From: Pseudomonas sp. NCCP-436
GTDB lineage: Bacteria; Pseudomonadota; Gammaproteobacteria; Pseudomonadales; Pseudomonadaceae
Length of the DNA stretch: 64,000 bases
Assembly: GCF_019656335.1 (NCBI RefSeq)
Contig: NZ_BPLZ01000002.1
Coordinates: forward strand, 178,904 to 242,903
Direction: 5' to 3'
A program made the translations under genes and the position numbers. Below, piece after piece: positions 13,049-22,393 of this stretch. The first letter of the stretch is position 1. The number at the start of each line of letters is the position of its first letter. The notes beneath the pieces were generated by a model, which worked only from the letters and a program-made list of their open reading frames with translations, ran no database searches and was not told the DNA's origin.

Positions 13049-13776
13049 GTCGGATCCAGCATGTGCTGTGGTGGCTGGCAGCGCTGGCGCTGGCCCCGTT
13101 GACGCTGCCTTTGGCGCTGCATACCCGGCGTACCGCCCTGCGCCTGCCGCCGGCTGTCGGCGAGGTACGCGGGCTGGCCGGCGCCGGACTGCCCGGAGAG
13201 CCCTTTCGCCTACTGCTGATTGGCGAGTCCACGGTGGTCGGCGTCGGCGTCGAGGCGCTCGATCAGGCACTGGCTGCCTGTCTGGCCAGGGAGTTGTCCC
13301 GTCGTTTGCAGCGTTCGGTGCGCTGGCATGCCTGTGGCGAGAACGGCATTACCGCTGTGCAGGCCTGTCAGCGGCTTCTGCCAGGACTGAGCGAAGAGAG
13401 GGCTGATCTGGCACTGCTGGTCTTCGGTGTCAACGACACCACTCACCTGACATCCAGTCGCCACTGGCGGGCGGCTCTTGGCAAGATGATCGGGCAATTG
13501 CGTGGGCAGGGGATGCAGGTGGCTTGCAGCGGGGTGCCGCCACTGCAGCACTTCCGGGCCTTGCCCTGGCTGCTGCGTCGCCTGCTGGGCTGGCGCGCGG
13601 GTTTGATGGATCGGGAAGTGCGTGCATTGGCGCAGCGGATGCAGGTTGCCTACTGCGGGCTGAATCTGACCTTCGAGGCGCAGTATCTGGCTGAAGATGG
13701 CTACCATCCCTCGGCGCTGGGCTATCGGCTTTGGGCCGACGGTCTGGCCGATCAACTGGTCAGATGTGCAGAATGA
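13045..13776 (+). CDS. SGNH/GDSL-family hydrolase (lipase/acylhydrolase-like)
   Basis: GESTVVG (Ser block I), GVNDT (block III) and DGYHP (block V). The start (GTG 13045 or 13063) is uncertain; it overlaps the purT stop. Confidence 0.7.
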   Translation: MSRIQHVLWWLAALALAPLTLPLALHTRRTALRLPPAVGEVRGLAGAGLPGEPFRLLLIGESTVVGVGVEALDQALAACLARELSRRLQRSVRWHACGENGITAVQACQRLLPGLSEERADLALLVFGVNDTTHLTSSRHWRAALGKMIGQLRGQGMQVACSGVPPLQHFRALPWLLRRLLGWRAGLMDREVRALAQRMQVAYCGLNLTFEAQYLAEDGYHPSALGYRLWADGLADQLVRCAE

Positions 13777-14560
13777 ATTCTCGAACCAGCTTGCTGCCGA
13801 AGTAGGCGAGCATCAGCAGGCAGAAACCGGCCAGCGTCCAGCGGATTGCCTTGTGGCCACGCCAGCCCATCTGGTGACGGCCCCACAGCAGCACGGCAAA
13901 CACCAGCCAGGCAAAGCAGGACAGCAGGGTCTTGTGCACCAGATGCTGGGCGAACAGGTTGTCGAGATACACAGCTCCTGAGAGTAGTGACAGTGAAAGG
14001 GCGAGCCAACCGGCGAGCAGGAAGCCGAACAGCAGGCTTTCCATGGTCTGCAGTGGCGGGAAGGTTTTGATCAGCCCGGATGGGTGCTTGTGCTTGAGCT
14101 GGTAGTCCTGCAGCAGCAGTAGGATCGACTGAAATGCGGCGATGGTGAGCAGGCCGTAGGCCAGGATCGACAGCAGGATATGGGCAAGGATGCCCGGGTG
14201 GGCGTGTAGCGGACTGACGGTGCCGGATGGCATGAACTGCGCCAGCAGCACCGTCAGGGCGCCAAGAGGGAGCAGCAGCAACAGCAGGTTGTGTACCGGG
14301 ATGCGCAGGCAAGCCAGTAGAACCTGGGCGATTACCGCGCAGGCTATCAGGCTGGCGGCATTGAAAAAGTCCAGATTCAGAGCGCCATGATCGTTGAGTT
14401 GGAAAACCAGGCTGACGGTGTGCAGGAGCACGGCGAAGGCGCCGAGACCGAGCAGCAGGGCGCGATTGGGCGTGCTGCGCCTGCTCAGGTGTAGGCCCTG
14501 ATAGGCGGTGGCGCCGGCGTAGAGCAAGGCAGCGGCTAGGCTGGGCAGCAGAGGGTGCAT
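13760..14560 (-). CDS. Cytochrome c assembly family inner-membrane protein (YpjD-like)
   Basis: Polytopic membrane protein with a WGxxxxGWRG-like motif (LWGRHQMGWRGHK). Divergent from ffh, as ypjD is in E. coli. Confidence 0.8.
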   Translation of the reverse strand: MHPLLPSLAAALLYAGATAYQGLHLSRRSTPNRALLLGLGAFAVLLHTVSLVFQLNDHGALNLDFFNAASLIACAVIAQVLLACLRIPVHNLLLLLLPLGALTVLLAQFMPSGTVSPLHAHPGILAHILLSILAYGLLTIAAFQSILLLLQDYQLKHKHPSGLIKTFPPLQTMESLLFGFLLAGWLALSLSLLSGAVYLDNLFAQHLVHKTLLSCFAWLVFAVLLWGRHQMGWRGHKAIRWTLAGFCLLMLAYFGSKLVREFILHI

Positions 14561-14716
14561 AAGTCCGTGTAAGGCGAGCCCGAAAGTCGCTGAGTTTGGC
14601 ACATAAGCGCCGTGTCACGAAAGACCGCTGACGGTGTCGGCAGCGCATCGACTTCGCTATAATCGCCAGCCTGTTGCATGCCTGGCCCGCTCTGGGCGCT
14701 CTTCAAAGGAACGCGC

Positions 14717-16093
14717 ATGTTCGAAAATCTTACCGATCGTCTTTCCCAAACACTGCGTCACGTTACGGGCAAGGCCAAGCTCAGCGAAGACAACATCAAG
14801 GACACTCTGCGTGAAGTGCGCATGGCTCTGCTGGAGGCCGATGTGGCCCTGCCGGTGGTCAAGGACTTCGTGGCCCGGGTCAAGGAGCGTGCGGTCGGCA
14901 CCGAAGTGTCGAAGAGCCTGACTCCGGGGCAGGCCTTTGTGAAGATCGTGCGCGCCGAGCTCGAAGAGCTGATGGGGGCGGCCAACGAGGATCTGGCGCT
15001 CAATGCGGCTCCGCCAGCTGTGGTGCTGATGGCTGGTCTGCAGGGGGCGGGTAAGACTACCACCGCAGGCAAACTGGCCAAGTTCCTCAAGGAGCGCAAG
15101 AAGAAGTCGGTGCTGCTGGTGTCGGCCGACGTCTACCGACCTGCGGCGATCAAGCAGCTGGAAACCCTGGCGGGCGATCTGGGGGTGACCTTCTTCCCCT
15201 CCGATGCCAGCCAGAAACCGGTCGACATTGCCAATGCGGCAATCCGCGAAGCCAAGCTCAAGTTTATCGATGTCGTCATCCTCGATACTGCCGGTCGTCT
15301 GGCGGTCGATGCCGAGATGATGGCCGAAATCCAGGCACTGCATGCCGCAGTCAAGCCGGTGGAAACCCTGTTCGTGGTCGATGCCATGACCGGCCAGGAC
15401 GCTGCCAACACCGCCAAGGCCTTTGCCGATGCCTTGCCGCTGACCGGTGTGGTGCTGACCAAGGTTGACGGTGATGCCCGTGGTGGCGCTGCTTTGTCCG
15501 TGCGCCACATTACCGGCAAACCCATCAAGTTTATCGGCATGGGCGAGAAGAGCGATGCGCTTGAGCCCTTCCATCCTGATCGCATCGCCTCACGCATTCT
15601 CGGCATGGGTGATGTGCTCAGCCTGATCGAGCAGGCCGAGCAGACCCTTGACCGCGAAAAAGCCGAGAAGCTCACCAAAAAGCTGAAGAAGGGCAAGGGC
15701 TTCGACCTGGAAGATTTCCGCGATCAACTGCAGCAGATGAAAAATATGGGCGGCCTAGGCGGTCTGATGGACAAGCTGCCGTCCATCGGTGGCATCAATC
15801 TGTCGCAGATGGGCGCGGCTCAGGGGGTGGCGGAGAAGCAGTTCAAGCAGATGGAGGCGATCATCAACTCCATGACCCCGGCCGAACGGCGTGACCCGGA
15901 CATCATCAGTGGCTCGCGCAAGCGTCGCATCGCCATGGGCTCCGGCACACAGGTGCAGGACATCGGCCGGCTGATCAAGCAGCACAAGCAGATGCAGAAG
16001 ATGATGAAGAAATTCACCGCCAAGGGTGGCATGGCCAAGATGATGCGCGGGATGGGTGGCATGTTCCCGGGCGGCGGAATGCCGAAATTCTGA
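14717..16093 (+). CDS. ffh: Signal recognition particle protein Ffh
   Basis: N, G (GLQGAGKTT) and Met-rich M domains. AAGGA ribosome-binding site. Confidence 0.97.
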   Translation: MFENLTDRLSQTLRHVTGKAKLSEDNIKDTLREVRMALLEADVALPVVKDFVARVKERAVGTEVSKSLTPGQAFVKIVRAELEELMGAANEDLALNAAPPAVVLMAGLQGAGKTTTAGKLAKFLKERKKKSVLLVSADVYRPAAIKQLETLAGDLGVTFFPSDASQKPVDIANAAIREAKLKFIDVVILDTAGRLAVDAEMMAEIQALHAAVKPVETLFVVDAMTGQDAANTAKAFADALPLTGVVLTKVDGDARGGAALSVRHITGKPIKFIGMGEKSDALEPFHPDRIASRILGMGDVLSLIEQAEQTLDREKAEKLTKKLKKGKGFDLEDFRDQLQQMKNMGGLGGLMDKLPSIGGINLSQMGAAQGVAEKQFKQMEAIINSMTPAERRDPDIISGSRKRRIAMGSGTQVQDIGRLIKQHKQMQKMMKKFTAKGGMAKMMRGMGGMFPGGGMPKF

Positions 16094-16164
16094 GGTGTGC
16101 GCCCCGGTTGATGGTCTGCCGGAAAAAGAGATTTGCAAACCGCTGCATTATCCTTAAAATATGC

Positions 16165-16190
16165 GGCCTTTCGGGCCTAGGCCCATTTTT
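16165..16190 (+). terminator. Palindromic hairpin plus T-run between ffh and rpsP (ffh terminator or rpsP leader structure)
   Basis: ggcctttcgggcctaggccc followed by attttt. Confidence 0.55.
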
Positions 16191-16234
16191 GATGTGTGCC
16201 TCAAGTTAGCACCGACTACAGGAACGATGTTCAC

Positions 16235-16486
16235 ATGGTAACTATTCGTCTCGCTCGCGGCGGCTCCAAAAAGCGCCCCTTCTACCACCTGACCGTGACC
16301 AACAGCCGCAATGCGCGCGATGGTCGCTTCGTAGAGCGTATCGGCTTCTTCAATCCGATCGCCTCGGGTGCTGAAGTGAAGCTGTCCGTGAATCAAGAGC
16401 GTGCAGCTTACTGGCTGAGCCAGGGTGCCCAGCCGTCTGAGCGCGTTGCTCAGCTGCTCAAGGAAGCTGCCAAGGCTGCAGCCTGA
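16235..16486 (+). CDS. rpsP: 30S ribosomal protein S16
   Basis: [17 protein letters not shown]... Confidence 0.97.
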   Translation: MVTIRLARGGSKKRPFYHLTVTNSRNARDGRFVERIGFFNPIASGAEVKLSVNQERAAYWLSQGAQPSERVAQLLKEAAKAAA

Positions 16487-16494
16487 GAGCATCC

Positions 16495-17031
16495 ATGAGT
16501 ACGACGCCGGCCGTCGCCGAGGATCTTCTGGTTCTCGGCAAGATTGTTTCGGTGCACGGCGTCCGGGGCGAGGTCAAGGTCTATTCCTTTACCGATCCCA
16601 TCGATAACGTGCTCGATTATCCTCGCTGGACGCTTCGGCGCGAAGGCGAGGTGAAACAGGTGGAATTGGCCAGAGGCCGTCTTCAGGGCAGGGTTCTGGT
16701 TGCCAAGCTGAAAGGGCTGGATGATCGCGAGGTCGCGCGCACTTATGCGGGTTTTGAAATCTGCGTGTCGCGCAGCGAGCTGCCGGAGCTTCAGGATGGC
16801 GAGTTCTACTGGTACCAGTTGCAGGGGTTGAAGGTCACCGATCAGGCAGGTCAGCTGCTTGGCGTGGTTGACCATCTCTTCGAGACCGGTGCCAACGATG
16901 TGATGGTGGTCAAGCCCTGCGCGGGCAGTCTGGATGACCGCGAGCGCCTGCTGCCCTACACAGAGCAGTGCGTACTTGAGGTGAATCTGGTTGCCGGCGA
17001 GATGCGGGTGGACTGGGATGCGGACTTCTAA
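16495..17031 (+). CDS. rimM: Ribosome maturation factor RimM
   Basis: Size and motifs match. Position is the conserved rpsP-rimM-trmD-rplS operon. Confidence 0.95.
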   Translation: MSTTPAVAEDLLVLGKIVSVHGVRGEVKVYSFTDPIDNVLDYPRWTLRREGEVKQVELARGRLQGRVLVAKLKGLDDREVARTYAGFEICVSRSELPELQDGEFYWYQLQGLKVTDQAGQLLGVVDHLFETGANDVMVVKPCAGSLDDRERLLPYTEQCVLEVNLVAGEMRVDWDADF

Positions 17032-17036
17032 GGGCC

Positions 17037-17780
17037 ATGCGCGTAGAAGTCATCACGCTGTTTCCGGAGATGTTTGCCGCCATCAGTGAGTACGGCATCA
17101 CCAGTCGTGCGGTGAGGCAGGGGCTGCTTAGTCTGCACTGCTGGAATCCGCGGGACTATACAACTGATCGACACCACACCGTGGATGATCGCCCCTTTGG
17201 TGGCGGCCCCGGGATGGTGATGAAGATCAAGCCCCTTGAGGACGCACTGGCCGATGCCAGGCAGGCCGCCGGGGTGGGGGCGAAGGTCATCTACCTGTCG
17301 CCTCAGGGCCGGCAGCTGAAGCAGGCTGCGGTTCGCCAGTTGGTTCAGGAGCAGTCACTGATCCTGATCGCTGGTCGTTACGAGGGTATCGACGAGCGCT
17401 TCATCGAAGCGCATGTCGACGAGGAATGGTCGATTGGCGACTACGTCCTGTCCGGCGGTGAGCTGCCGGCCATGGTGCTGATCGACGCGGTAACGCGCCT
17501 TTTGCCTGGTGCATTGGGTCATGCCGATTCGGCCGAGGAGGACTCCTTTACGGATGGCCTGCTCGACTGCCCGCACTACACCCGACCGGAGGTGTATGCG
17601 GACAAGCGTGTTCCTGAGGTGTTGCTTAGTGGCAACCATGAACACATCCGGCGCTGGCGTTTACAGCAGTCCCTTGGACGGACTTGGGAACGCCGCGCTG
17701 ATCTTCTGGATAGCCGCTCGCTTTCTGGAGAAGAGAAGAAGCTGCTGGAGGAATACATCCGCCAGCGGGACGATAGTTAA
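17037..17780 (+). CDS. trmD: tRNA (guanine37-N1)-methyltransferase
   Basis: SPOUT (trefoil-knot) methyltransferase motifs. Operon context. Confidence 0.96.
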   Translation: MRVEVITLFPEMFAAISEYGITSRAVRQGLLSLHCWNPRDYTTDRHHTVDDRPFGGGPGMVMKIKPLEDALADARQAAGVGAKVIYLSPQGRQLKQAAVRQLVQEQSLILIAGRYEGIDERFIEAHVDEEWSIGDYVLSGGELPAMVLIDAVTRLLPGALGHADSAEEDSFTDGLLDCPHYTRPEVYADKRVPEVLLSGNHEHIRRWRLQQSLGRTWERRADLLDSRSLSGEEKKLLEEYIRQRDDS

Positions 17781-17822
17781 CGTATCGATGGCAGGCCGGG
17801 AGGCTTGTCTTAGGAGCGCAGC

Positions 17823-18173
17823 ATGACCAACAAGATTATCCAGATGCTCGAAGCCGAGCAGATGAACAAGGAAATCCCGCCGTTCGCCCCGGGTGACACC
17901 GTGGTTGTTCAGGTGAAAGTGAAAGAAGGCGACCGTCAGCGTCTGCAGGCCTTCGAGGGCGTGGTTATCGCCAAGCGCAACCGCGGCCTGAACAGCGCTT
18001 TCACCGTGCGTAAGATTTCCAGCGGTGTTGGTGTAGAGCGTACCTTCCAGACCTACTCGCCGCTGGTCGACAGCATCAGCGTCAAGCGTCGCGGTGATGT
18101 GCGCAAGGCCAAGCTGTACTACCTGCGCGACCTGTCCGGCAAAGCCGCGCGCATCAAGGAAAAACTGTCCTGA
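17823..18173 (+). CDS. rplS: 50S ribosomal protein L19
   Basis: [14 protein letters not shown]... is canonical L19. Confidence 0.97.
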   Translation: MTNKIIQMLEAEQMNKEIPPFAPGDTVVVQVKVKEGDRQRLQAFEGVVIAKRNRGLNSAFTVRKISSGVGVERTFQTYSPLVDSISVKRRGDVRKAKLYYLRDLSGKAARIKEKLS

Positions 18174-18190
18174 TTCTGGACGTTTTTGCA

Positions 18191-18220
18191 GAAAAAAGCA
18201 GTCTTCGGGCTGCTTTTTTC
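18191..18220 (+). terminator. Rho-independent terminator of the rpsP operon
   Basis: aaaaaagcagtcttcgggctgcttttttc. Confidence 0.85.
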
Positions 18221-18342
18221 ATTTCTGCGCCGTGTAAATGTGAGTAGCAAGACATGCACACCGGAGAGTGGAGAATCGCGCATCATATGCTGCAGTCGGC
18301 AAGCACGAGTGACCCGGGGCAGTGTTCTCGTCCGATCAAGCA

Positions 18343-18600
18343 TCACGGCGTCCTGCTCGATGACACGGCTTGGGGTAGTTGTCCTTCATCGCCGCTACGC
18401 GCTTTTGCCACCTGCCGCTGGTGAAGGTGTTTAGTGATCGCATCGACTTCAGGCATGCCTTCCTCGCAGCTTTCATCGTTGAGATGGTCGGGCGGAATAT
18501 CAGGTTCAAGGTGGAGATATTTGTCGAGGAGCTGTATCGGGAGGTTAGAGAGCGTGCCATCAGTGGCGTATATGATTTCGTTGTCGTCGTCGATCGGCAT
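18343..18600 (-). CDS. Hypothetical acidic small protein (85 aa)
   Basis: The only sizeable ORF in a lower-GC 550-bp spacer. The ribosome-binding site is weak and I recognise no motif. Confidence 0.3.
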   Translation of the reverse strand: MPIDDDNEIIYATDGTLSNLPIQLLDKYLHLEPDIPPDHLNDESCEEGMPEVDAITKHLHQRQVAKARSGDEGQLPQAVSSSRTP

Positions 18601-18729
18601 CGGCCGGCCCCGTTGCCGTCAAACTTTCCGTAGTCGTGTCGGTGTCGCTTTCAGCAGATATTAGTGCCGGCTGGAGGTCGGTGACGGCCTGTGGAACACT
18701 GGATTTCCTCTCTTTCCTGACGAGTCTGC

Positions 18730-19626
18730 ATGACTACCCTGAATCACCCGTTGATCGAGCAGTTTCTCGAGGTTCTATGGCTTGAAAAGGGCCTGTCGGC
18801 TCATACTCGTGCGGCCTATCGCAGTGATCTGGAGCACTTTAATGTCTGGCTCGAAGATCGCAGTCTGAGGCTTGAGCAGATCGGCCGTGAAGCGATTCTT
18901 GATCATCTCGCCTGGCGTCTGGAGCAAGGTTACCAGGCCCGCTCCACGGCACGTTTCCTATCTGGTGTGCGCGGTTTCTATCGTTTCCTGCTGCGCGAGA
19001 ATCTGATCGACGAAGATCCTACGCTGCAGGTCGAGTTGCCGCAGATCGGCCGGCCGTTGCCCAAGTCGCTTTCCGAGGCGGATGTCGAGGCATTACTACT
19101 GGCACCGGATACCGATGACCCCATCGGTCTGCGCGACCGTGCCATGCTTGAGGTTCTCTATGCCTGCGGGCTGCGGGTGACCGAGTTGGTGTCGCTGACC
19201 CTGGAGCAGGTCAATCTGCGTCAGGGAGTGCTGCGAGTATTCGGCAAGGGCAGCAAGGAGCGGCTGGTGCCGCTGGGTGAGGAGGCCATCGTCTGGCTAG
19301 AACGTTTCCAGCGCGAGGCCCGGCCGCTGCTGCTTGGCGGGCGTCCCAGCGATGTGCTGTTTCCCAGTCAGCGTGGCGAACAGATGACCCGGCAGACCTT
19401 CTGGCACCGTATCAAGCATCAGGCTAGGGTGGCCGGCATCGACAAACCGCTGTCGCCACACACGCTGCGACATGCCTTCGCTACACATCTGCTCAACCAT
19501 GGTGCGGATTTGCGCGTGGTGCAGATGCTGCTTGGTCATAGTGATCTGTCAACCACGCAGATCTACACCCATATCGCCCGTGCCCGTCTGCAGGAGCTGC
19601 ACGCGCAGCACCATCCGCGCGGCTGA
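18730..19626 (+). CDS. xerD: Site-specific tyrosine recombinase XerD
   Basis: Catalytic R...HxxR...Y residues (LRHAFATHLL, HSDLSTTQIYTH). Confidence 0.95.
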   Translation: MTTLNHPLIEQFLEVLWLEKGLSAHTRAAYRSDLEHFNVWLEDRSLRLEQIGREAILDHLAWRLEQGYQARSTARFLSGVRGFYRFLLRENLIDEDPTLQVELPQIGRPLPKSLSEADVEALLLAPDTDDPIGLRDRAMLEVLYACGLRVTELVSLTLEQVNLRQGVLRVFGKGSKERLVPLGEEAIVWLERFQREARPLLLGGRPSDVLFPSQRGEQMTRQTFWHRIKHQARVAGIDKPLSPHTLRHAFATHLLNHGADLRVVQMLLGHSDLSTTQIYTHIARARLQELHAQHHPRG

Positions 19627-20011
19627 CAATAAGTACCCGGCTTCGCGCCCGGAAGCGGTAGTGGGGTTAGGTTTTACGACTGTTTACTCCTGGACGCAGT
19701 GTCAGCCAGACCCAGGGCGTTGTGTTTCTTTGGGGGAAGTGTCGAGAAAACCCGGTGGCCGCGTTTCACGCCGAAGCTGGCGGTGGAATGCTGTCGCTGA
19801 TCGTCAGCGCTGGCAGGTCGTGGAAGGTTGAAGTGACTTGGGCCCTGTACGAAAAGCCGTCGATCCCGGATTCGCAGAAGTAAAAAACGGGTGAGGAAGA
19901 CACCGGGCACGCGTCAGGCATTTATGAGCTGTAGGTGAGCATTGCGAACCAGTTTTTAACTAAGTCTTACCGAGCGCAGGCGCTTTCCCGGCAGAGCTTG
20001 GCTCGGCTGAT

Positions 20012-20260
20012 TCAGTTCTGACGACTGCAAGCATCGGCCAGTTGCCGAAAGTTCAGGGTTTGCAGATGTCCGGCGCTGTCGCGGTAGATCATCTTCGCGC
20101 GGACTATCTCGCAGTGGTCGGTATCCGGCACCTGAATGGCAATCAGCTGGGCGATGTCCAGCTTTTGGCCGTAGCTATAGTCGGTACCTTTGGCCTGGGC
20201 CAAGCCGCTGCCAAGGGTGAGAAGGGCGATTACGGTGGCAAGCAGAGCGCGTATTTTCAT
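20012..20260 (-). CDS. DUF2790-like small periplasmic protein
   Basis: Signal peptide plus about 60 aa. AGGAG ribosome-binding site. The family assignment is from memory. Confidence 0.55.
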   Translation of the reverse strand: MKIRALLATVIALLTLGSGLAQAKGTDYSYGQKLDIAQLIAIQVPDTDHCEIVRAKMIYRDSAGHLQTLNFRQLADACSRQN

Positions 20261-20308
20261 AAGAGTTCTCCTTCTGGCAGCGCACCCGAGTGGGTGCGCT
20301 GCAGTGAT

Positions 20309-20734
20309 TCATACGATGGTCAGGGTGACGTCGATGTTGCCGCGGGTGGCGTTGGAGTACGGGCAGACGATATGGGCGCGTTCTACCAGGGTATGTGCGG
20401 CTTCGTGATCGAGGCCTGGCAGGCTGATGCGTAGTTCCACTTGGATGGTGAAGCCGGTGGGGATGGGGCCGATACCCACTGTGCCCTCGACGAAGGTGTC
20501 GGCAGGGATCTTCAGCTTGTCGCGGGCTGCGACGAATTTCATCGCCCCCAGGAAACAGGCGGAGTAACCGGCGGCAAACAGCTGTTCAGGGTTGGTTCCG
20601 TTGCCACCAGCACCACCCAGTTCTTTGGGGGTGGTCAGGACTACGTCGAGAATGCCGTCAGAGGAGACGGCGCGGCCTTCACGGCCGCCAAAGGCTTCAG
20701 CAGTGGCGCGGTAGAGAACGTTTTCGATAGTCAT
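20309..20734 (-). CDS. ohr: Organic hydroperoxide resistance protein Ohr (OsmC/Ohr family)
   Basis: Two conserved Cys (AGYSACF, HIVCPYS) and GGAG... motifs. GGAG ribosome-binding site 7 nt upstream. Confidence 0.92.
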   Translation of the reverse strand: MTIENVLYRATAEAFGGREGRAVSSDGILDVVLTTPKELGGAGGNGTNPEQLFAAGYSACFLGAMKFVAARDKLKIPADTFVEGTVGIGPIPTGFTIQVELRISLPGLDHEAAHTLVERAHIVCPYSNATRGNIDVTLTIV

Positions 20735-20944
20735 GGTGATACTCCATCTATGAATTCTGAAATTTGATTTGCCTGCAAAAATTTTGTTCGCAAAGTAAAT
20801 CTGCAGGAAATGTATTGCGCAAATATTTAGTGCGCAAGATAAATTCTTAGAGTATTTTGCTATATGGTTTTACGGATTTTGAATATGCAGGCCGATGAGG
20901 CCTGCAGCTTCAACCACTGACGGGATGGCAGGACACGTCGTCAG
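20735..20944 (-). promoter_or_regulatory. AT-rich ohrR-ohr intergenic region; putative OhrR operator and ohr promoter
   Basis: Sharp GC drop. Repeated tgcgcaa / aaat...attt elements (tgcgcaaatatttagtgcgcaag). Confidence 0.5.
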
Positions 20945-21397
20945 TCAGAGTGTGCTCTGCAGATTGCGACGCAGCTCCATCAGGTTGTCGCGAAGTTCGG
21001 CCAGGTTCTGCAGGTCCAGTCCCGTGGCCTTTAGGATGCAGGCTGGCAGGGACTTCGCCTGCTCATGCAGGGCACGCCCCTTGTCGGTGAGGTAGAGCCG
21101 GACGATACGTTCGTCTTCGGTGCTGCGGCGCCGCTGCAGCAGTCCTTCACTTTCCAGGCGCTTGAGCAGGGGAGTCAGCGAGCCGGGATCCGTCAGCATG
21201 CGTGCGCTGATTTCGCTGACCGTGATGCCTTCGTTTTCCCATAGCACCAGCATTGCCAGGTACTGCGGATAGGTCAGACCCAGAGCCTGCAGTAATGGCT
21301 TGTAGGTTTTGGTCATCAGCAGTGAGGTGGAATAAAGGGCAAAGCACAGCTGGTTGTCCAGCAGCAGTTCGTCACAGGGTTGGAGCGGGGGTGTCAT
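20945..21397 (-). CDS. ohrR: MarR-family organic-hydroperoxide sensor/repressor OhrR
   Basis: LLLDNQLCFALYSTS contains the sensing Cys. Winged helix-turn-helix. Adjacent to ohr. Confidence 0.88.
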   Translation of the reverse strand: MTPPLQPCDELLLDNQLCFALYSTSLLMTKTYKPLLQALGLTYPQYLAMLVLWENEGITVSEISARMLTDPGSLTPLLKRLESEGLLQRRRSTEDERIVRLYLTDKGRALHEQAKSLPACILKATGLDLQNLAELRDNLMELRRNLQSTL

Positions 21398-21579
21398 GGC
21401 GTATGCCTGTTGCAGTCGGAGTCAGGGACAAGTTAGCGCGCCAATGATTTTTGCACCATGGGCAGTCGGTGTTATCCCGGTTCGCTAATAGCGCTATCTG
21501 TTACCCGATCCGCTGTTCGGGAACCTGTATGTGATAGTCTTTGTCGACTTAGCGAGTCCGTCATTCGACAGGAGTGTTC

Positions 21580-22308
21580 ATGTCCCTGACCCGTCTTTCC
21601 GCTGCGCTGGCACTCCTGCTGGGTAGCAGCTTCGCTTTCGCCGCCAATCCCGACGAAGCCATTCGCCAGAGCCTTAAATCTCTGGATGCCAATCTGCCAA
21701 TTGAGACCGTTGCCGAAAGTGCGATGCCCGGTGTCTACCAAGTGCAGTTGCAGGGAGGTCGGCAGTTTTACACTAGTGCCGATGGTCAGTTCCTGCTTCA
21801 GGGGTACCTGTACCAGGTGCGCGACGGCAAGGCGGTCAATCTGACTGAGCTTGACGAGAACCGTGCCGTGGCCAAGCGGATCAATGCTATTCCGGCCAGT
21901 GAGATGGTGGTTTTCGCCCCCAAGGCACCGAAGACCCATATCACCGTGTTTACCGACACTGACTGCGGCTACTGCCAGAAGCTGCACAGCGAGGTGCCGG
22001 AACTCAATCGGCTTGGGGTTGAGGTGCGCTATCTGGCGTTTCCGCGTCAGGGGTTGAACAGTCCGGCGGCCAAGGAACTGGTCAGTGTCTGGTGCGCCAA
22101 GGATCAGCAAGAGGCCATGAACCGTGCCAAGAGCCGCCAGGATGTAGCCGAGGCGACCTGCGACAATCCAGTGGCCAAACAGTACGAGCTGGGCCAGATG
22201 ATCGGGGTCAACGGTACTCCGGCCATCGTGCTGGCCAATGGCAAGATGATCCCGGGCTACCAGCCGGCACCGCAGTTGGCGAAGATCGCGTTGGAGTCGA
22301 ACGACTGA
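21580..22308 (+). CDS. dsbC: Periplasmic thiol:disulfide interchange protein (DsbC/DsbG family)
   Basis: Signal peptide, a dimerisation domain and a thioredoxin CGYC active site. Confidence 0.85.
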   Translation: MSLTRLSAALALLLGSSFAFAANPDEAIRQSLKSLDANLPIETVAESAMPGVYQVQLQGGRQFYTSADGQFLLQGYLYQVRDGKAVNLTELDENRAVAKRINAIPASEMVVFAPKAPKTHITVFTDTDCGYCQKLHSEVPELNRLGVEVRYLAFPRQGLNSPAAKELVSVWCAKDQQEAMNRAKSRQDVAEATCDNPVAKQYELGQMIGVNGTPAIVLANGKMIPGYQPAPQLAKIALESND

Positions 22309-22393
22309 GAGTGGATTGACTAACACATGGCCGCTTCGTAATGTGCGGCTCTTTCCGCGGCCGGGCTTGCCCCGGCCGTTTTATGCAGTGCTG

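Noticed and set aside
11861-13270. 469-aa minus ORF over purT and the SGNH gene
   Set aside because: Antisense artefact. The plus-strand products carry clear ATP-grasp and SGNH motifs.
14657-15574. 305-aa minus ORF inside ffh
   Set aside because: Antisense to ffh.
19627-20011. Searched for a dif site or tRNA next to xerD
   Set aside because: No AT-rich dif-like ATGTATATTATG core and no tRNA-like T-arm (GGTTCGAATCC-type) were seen. The region looks like plain non-coding spacer.
20277-20304. 11-bp-stem GC hairpin between ohr and the DUF2790 gene
   Set aside because: It has no U-tail and overlaps the downstream ribosome-binding site. It is possibly an mRNA stabiliser or processing site rather than a terminator, so I left it uncalled.
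22316-22393. TTG-start N-terminal extension of hom overlapping the dsbC 3' end
   Set aside because: The homoserine dehydrogenase NAD-binding fold begins at KPVKVGICG. I preferred ATG 22394 or GTG 22409.
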